Part shown: positions 61,601-64,000 of the stretch, one piece after another
Layout: every line of letters starts with the position of its first letter
How positions within the stretch are numbered: the first letter of the stretch is position 1
From: Candidatus Limnocylindrales bacterium
GTDB lineage: Bacteria; Verrucomicrobiota; Verrucomicrobiia; Limisphaerales; UBA11358
DNA: 64,000 bases
Direction of reading: 5' to 3'
Assembly (NCBI GenBank): GCA_035604955.1
Contig: DATNHM010000064.1
Coordinates: forward strand, 42,362 to 106,361
Notes under the pieces: generated by a model
The model's database searches: none
What the model was told of the DNA's origin: nothing
The model's input: only the letters and a program-made list of their open reading frames with translations
Translations under genes and position numbers: made by a program

Positions 61601-62218
61601 CACCATTTTGTCCGGAAACGGATTACGCAGCACGCTCTCGAACAAACGCCCCGTGCCTTTGTAAACGCCCGGCCCGCGCCAGATGATTTTTGTGTCCGGA
61701 TCGGCAACAATCTCCTGCTCCTCGGACAACAACCGGGCCCAGTCGATGACCTGATAATTGTAGCGGAGGGTGAAATCATGGCTCGTGCCATCCGCGTAAT
61801 GCAGGCGGAGTGTGGCAACCGGACAGCCATAATACTCCCGCCACTGCACGGCGTGGATCAAATGCAGCTCGTCGAATTTCCGCCCGATTTTGATTCCCGT
61901 CACCTCGTTCCGGCGAACATCCCCGCGATCGGCCGGGCTTTTGCCATAAAGGTATATCTCACCGTCCACATCAAATGGCAGACCATCGATGGTCTTTCGT
62001 CCAAAATAACCCGAGTAACTGCTGTTGGTGCCGTCGGGTCCCACAAACACCTTGCTGTAGAACGGTTTTAGATCAAGAACGTAGGGCAGTGCGTCCATTG
62101 ACGCCGGGGCCGTTCTTTTACTCTGCGTCGCGTCCGTCCGGCAGCCGGCGGCGATTAAAGCCAACCAAAGCAAAGCCGGCGTGGACCAACCAATAGCCAA
62201 TTTAAAGCGGGCAATCAT
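58676..62218 (-). CDS. 1180-aa lipoprotein: repeated carboxypeptidase-regulatory-like beta-sandwich domains plus a C-terminal TlpA/ResA-type thioredoxin domain
   Basis: Lipobox LIAAGC. Repeated G-x-V-x-D-x-x-G-x-P-V-x-G-A-x-V signatures (GVVLDEQDQPVAGAQVS, GRVVDSAGQPVVGAAVS, GSVTDADSGEPVAGFKIT). C-terminal YVLLDFWATWCGPCVAETP. Confidence 0.7.
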   Translation of the reverse strand: MIARFKLAIGWSTPALLWLALIAAGCRTDATQSKRTAPASMDALPYVLDLKPFYSKVFVGPDGTNSSYSGYFGRKTIDGLPFDVDGEIYLYGKSPADRGDVRRNEVTGIKIGRKFDELHLIHAVQWREYYGCPVATLRLHYADGTSHDFTLRYNYQVIDWARLLSEEQEIVADPDTKIIWRGPGVYKGTGRLFESVLRNPFPDKMVDSLDLISTRSRASYALVAATVAKSDPQREVTAPMPLEPSLHFDGVLKVRVVDKETGAAIAGADVSPGMTVDDEGVVADPILTSTDGVALVKYAASRTSDVGVSVSKPGYSGRSGNWQSGSIPAEITYQLTESRASIWGVVLDEQDQPVAGAQVSFNSMYFGDMSDRAYLPSQTTGTDASGHWRIQGLPEGYQDFGVTVTHPDFPQAQFYADGPSQRGLTGNHIRTVDFFDGMAVLKLSRGFALGGTVRDPAGNLLTNATVFVGFDRYMSGALKTSTDDGGQFHLKNLSRGDNYLTFSADGYAPDFRTVTVMATNGPLEVVLKPGRTIRGRVVDSAGQPVVGAAVSYDGLADRNGISTGRTLDWKTETDTDGAFTWNSAPDQPMLLTIMKGGYMGLEWTRVETDLTNETVFKLGPPLTVKGSVTDADSGEPVAGFKITPGWPEGDGARFERQRASTGSAGHYEVHFESPIIISSSAFDFVFQISAPGYAPVKSRAIKPGEGEVTWDVKLKKTPDLIGLVKTADGKPAAGVTVIPAGQRDYLQLNGTMIRNQNQNNDSYETASDGHFEMPPQDGDFILIAASDAGFAMASKADFTNTATITLQPWGRIGGVVLNHGKPMPGQELYFFAGDAAAQINVWGQEPVATDAQGHFTFAQVPPGTVRLELKQPISERSWSYLELQSEDVQPGGTNTVQINLSGRTVTGHLKHDAALAADADLQQCSITLQPAVTPPPVPKEMNTQEKVQKWYQDWMKTDAGKKYAGAMRDRRQLQVKADGTFRADTVVPGKYTLTGNIWQNGVMQAQVDAKEVTVPEADTNAPDAPYDIGEVTLRAVKHVNNGDVAPDFNVKTLDGQPLKLSDFRGKYVLLDFWATWCGPCVAETPNLKATHDAFGKDSRFVMISLSLDPKVEAPQKFAQDKDIKWVQGFLGDWSKDNVTKDYAVYGIPSIFLIGPDGKIIAQNLRGTGIQDAVGSALSAR

Positions 62219-62440
62219 TTGAAGGTGTCGTGTGATGTGCGCCCGGCCCCCAGAATGCCAACCTGTGCGGGTCGGGTCGCCCGAAACGGTGAATCCTCAC
62301 GCCAATGTAAAATCGTTCGCCCATATCTTCAGAGCCATGACATCCAGACACTGCTTACGAGGGTGATTCAATGCCGAAACTACTCCGGCGGCCGCAAACG
62401 TCAACCCCATTAAATAATGGTCCAGTTTGGTAAGACGAGG

Positions 62441-62533
62441 CTGCTGGCGGCCATCGGTGAGTTCCCGGTGGACCACGAATTCGCCGACGACGTTTGTCTG
62501 GCAGGAATGGAATACGCCGGCAAGCCGGCCTGA
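62441..62533 (+). pseudogene. orphan 3'-end fragment of a SpoIIE-phosphatase gene
   Basis: Reads LLAAIGEFPVDHEFADDVCLAGMEYAGKPA*. The end of 56644..58659 reads LLAAIGNFSVDQKFADDVCLVGLEYNGNPPPKKP*, roughly 80% nt identity by eye. Confidence 0.65.
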
Positions 62534-62549
62534 AAAGTTGACGGCATCG

Positions 62550-64000
62550 TTACTCGGTCAGGATTTTTATCACGCGCGATTTCTCGGCGCGTTTGCGCCG
62601 GGTCTCGTCGAGGATTTTCTTGCGGAGCCGGAGATTCTTCGGCGTGGCCTCCACGTATTCGTCGGAACCGATGTATTCCAACGCACGTTCGAGTGAGAGC
62701 TTGAACGGCGGACTGAGTTGGATGCCCTTGCCATCACCCACCGAACGCATATTGGTCAATCGCTTCGCCTTGCAGGGATTCACGGGAATGTCGTTTTCGC
62801 GCGCGTTTTCACCCACAATCATGCCGGCATAAATGGCTTCGCCCGGCTCCACCATCAGGCGGCCGCGCTCCTGAATCATGTTCAGCGCGTAGGCCATGGC
62901 CTGGCCGCTTTCCATGCTCACCAGCGAGCCGTTCTTGCGCGCCGCAATTTCGCCGCGGTCCGGGCCGTATTCGTGAAACAGATGGCTCATCACACCCAGG
63001 CCGCGTGTCTGGTTGACGAGGTCGGTCTCAAATCCAATCAACCCGCGCATGGGAATCAGCGCTTCGATGGTCACCTGGTCGGCGTGATGGTTCATGTGGA
63101 TGATTTCAGCTTTGCGGCCGGAAAGGTTTTCCATGATGGCGCCCATGAATTCCTGCGGGATTTCGAGGAACAACTTTTCAATCGGCTCCAGCATGTTGCC
63201 GTTGGCGTCCTTTTTGTAGAGGACTTCGGGACGCGACACCAGCACCTCGTGGCCCTCGCGCCGCATTTGCTCGACCAGGATGGCAATCTGCATTTCACCG
63301 CGGCCTTCGACCTCGAAAATCTTCGGGTCATTGGTCTGTTTGATGCGCAAGGCGACGTTGGTGCGGATTTCCTTTTGCAACCGTTCCCAGATGTGCCGCG
63401 CAGTGACAAGCTTGCCGTCCTGACCGGCGAGCGGGCCGTCGTTCACGGCAAATTCCATCTGGATGGTCGGCGGATCAATCGGGATGTACGGCAACGCGCC
63501 ACGTTCCGGTTTGTCCGCAATCGTTTCGCCGATGAACACCTCCTCGAACCCGGTGATGCCGACGATGTCGCCCGCGTGGGCTTCCTGCACTTCAATGCGT
63601 TTCAGGCCTTCGAAGTGATAAATCATCGTGATTTTGCCCTGTGAAATTTTGCCGTGGCCATGCAAACAAACCGCCGGGTCACCCACCTTCACCTTGCCCG
63701 CCATGATTTTGCCGAACGCGATGCGGCCCAGGTAATCCGAGTAATCCAGATTGGCGACGAGAATCTGGAAACCGTCGCCGGCCTTGGCGCGCGGTGACGG
63801 AATGTGTTTCACAATCGCGTCGAATAACGGCTCCATAGTCCCACTGACATGACTCAAATCCATCTTCGCGTAACCGGCCTTGGCCGAGCAATAGACGAAT
63901 GGAAAATCGAGCTGTTCGTCCGTCGCGTTCAGCGAAATGAACAATTCAAAAACCTGGTCGAGCACCTTCTTCGGGTTCGCGTTTTCGCGGTCAATCTTGT
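62550..64000 (-). CDS. typA: translational GTPase BipA/TypA (N-terminus beyond the window)
   Basis: LDFPFVYCSAKAGYA..., ...RLRKKILDETRRKRA C-terminal region; the ORF runs off the window end. Confidence 0.85.
   Translation of the reverse strand, partial: KIDRENANPKKVLDQVFELFISLNATDEQLDFPFVYCSAKAGYAKMDLSHVSGTMEPLFDAIVKHIPSPRAKAGDGFQILVANLDYSDYLGRIAFGKIMAGKVKVGDPAVCLHGHGKISQGKITMIYHFEGLKRIEVQEAHAGDIVGITGFEEVFIGETIADKPERGALPYIPIDPPTIQMEFAVNDGPLAGQDGKLVTARHIWERLQKEIRTNVALRIKQTNDPKIFEVEGRGEMQIAILVEQMRREGHEVLVSRPEVLYKKDANGNMLEPIEKLFLEIPQEFMGAIMENLSGRKAEIIHMNHHADQVTIEALIPMRGLIGFETDLVNQTRGLGVMSHLFHEYGPDRGEIAARKNGSLVSMESGQAMAYALNMIQERGRLMVEPGEAIYAGMIVGENARENDIPVNPCKAKRLTNMRSVGDGKGIQLSPPFKLSLERALEYIGSDEYVEATPKNLRLRKKILDETRRKRAEKSRVIKILTE

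Noticed and set aside
39731-63644. Other long antisense ORFs (39731..40699, 48540..50114, 54786..56195, 57325..58395, 59657..61198, 62718..63644, 31981..32751, 47390..48232).
   Set aside because: Each overlaps a confidently identified gene on the other strand (arsA, porin, EF-G, SpoIIE, lipoprotein, bipA, membrane protein, pstS) and lacks any motif.

Overview
GC-rich chromosomal segment whose gene content (PEP-CTERM proteins, a prepilin-type H-X9-DG protein, an FG-GAP/VCBS protein, a TMTC-like TPR membrane protein) suggests a Verrucomicrobiota/PVC-type bacterium; the lineage is inferred from gene content only. Recognisable blocks are: (i) 1-12.9 kb, surface and secreted proteins, yjbQ, an HNH endonuclease, tRNA-Glu(CUC) and toxin-antitoxin (TA) genes. 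(ii) 12.9-27.3 kb, an APS kinase (cysC) next to four tandem TPR-sulfotransferase paralogs plus a relic of a fifth, interleaved with PEP-CTERM proteins, a PEP-CTERM trypsin-like protease, a HigBA-like TA pair and a REP-associated tyrosine transposase (RAYT). (iii) 27.7-36.1 kb, mazEF, a Zn alcohol dehydrogenase, hypotheticals, adk and fmt. (iv) 36.2-43.5 kb, a ten-gene ars operon (arsR-arsM-arsD-arsA-arsC-trx-like-trx-ccdA-acr3-arsC). (v) 43.5-49.8 kb, porin-pstSCAB-phoU with Pho-box-like repeats. (vi) 50-64 kb, miaB, an EF-G paralog, a REC-PAS-SpoIIE phosphatase, a 1180-aa lipoprotein with a C-terminal TlpA-like thioredoxin, and bipA (partial). The most unusual feature is the repeat load. Several classes of GTAG/GTGG-headed REP-like palindromes sit around a single RAYT gene, which is itself interrupted in frame by four REP copies. 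Tandem arrays of heptanucleotide period, with about a dozen or more different unit sequences, fill almost every gene boundary. Both repeat types are also inserted in frame, without stop codons, into conserved genes (ADH at three sites, miaB, fmt). Small accessory genes (TA pairs, a four-helix-bundle IVS-type protein, a GxxExxY protein) lie in cassettes bounded by these repeats. Three genes have orphan duplicates of their 3' ends on the far side of an insertion. The second candidate system is the cysC plus sulfotransferase array embedded among PEP-CTERM proteins. All functional calls come from motif recognition by eye; no database search was possible.
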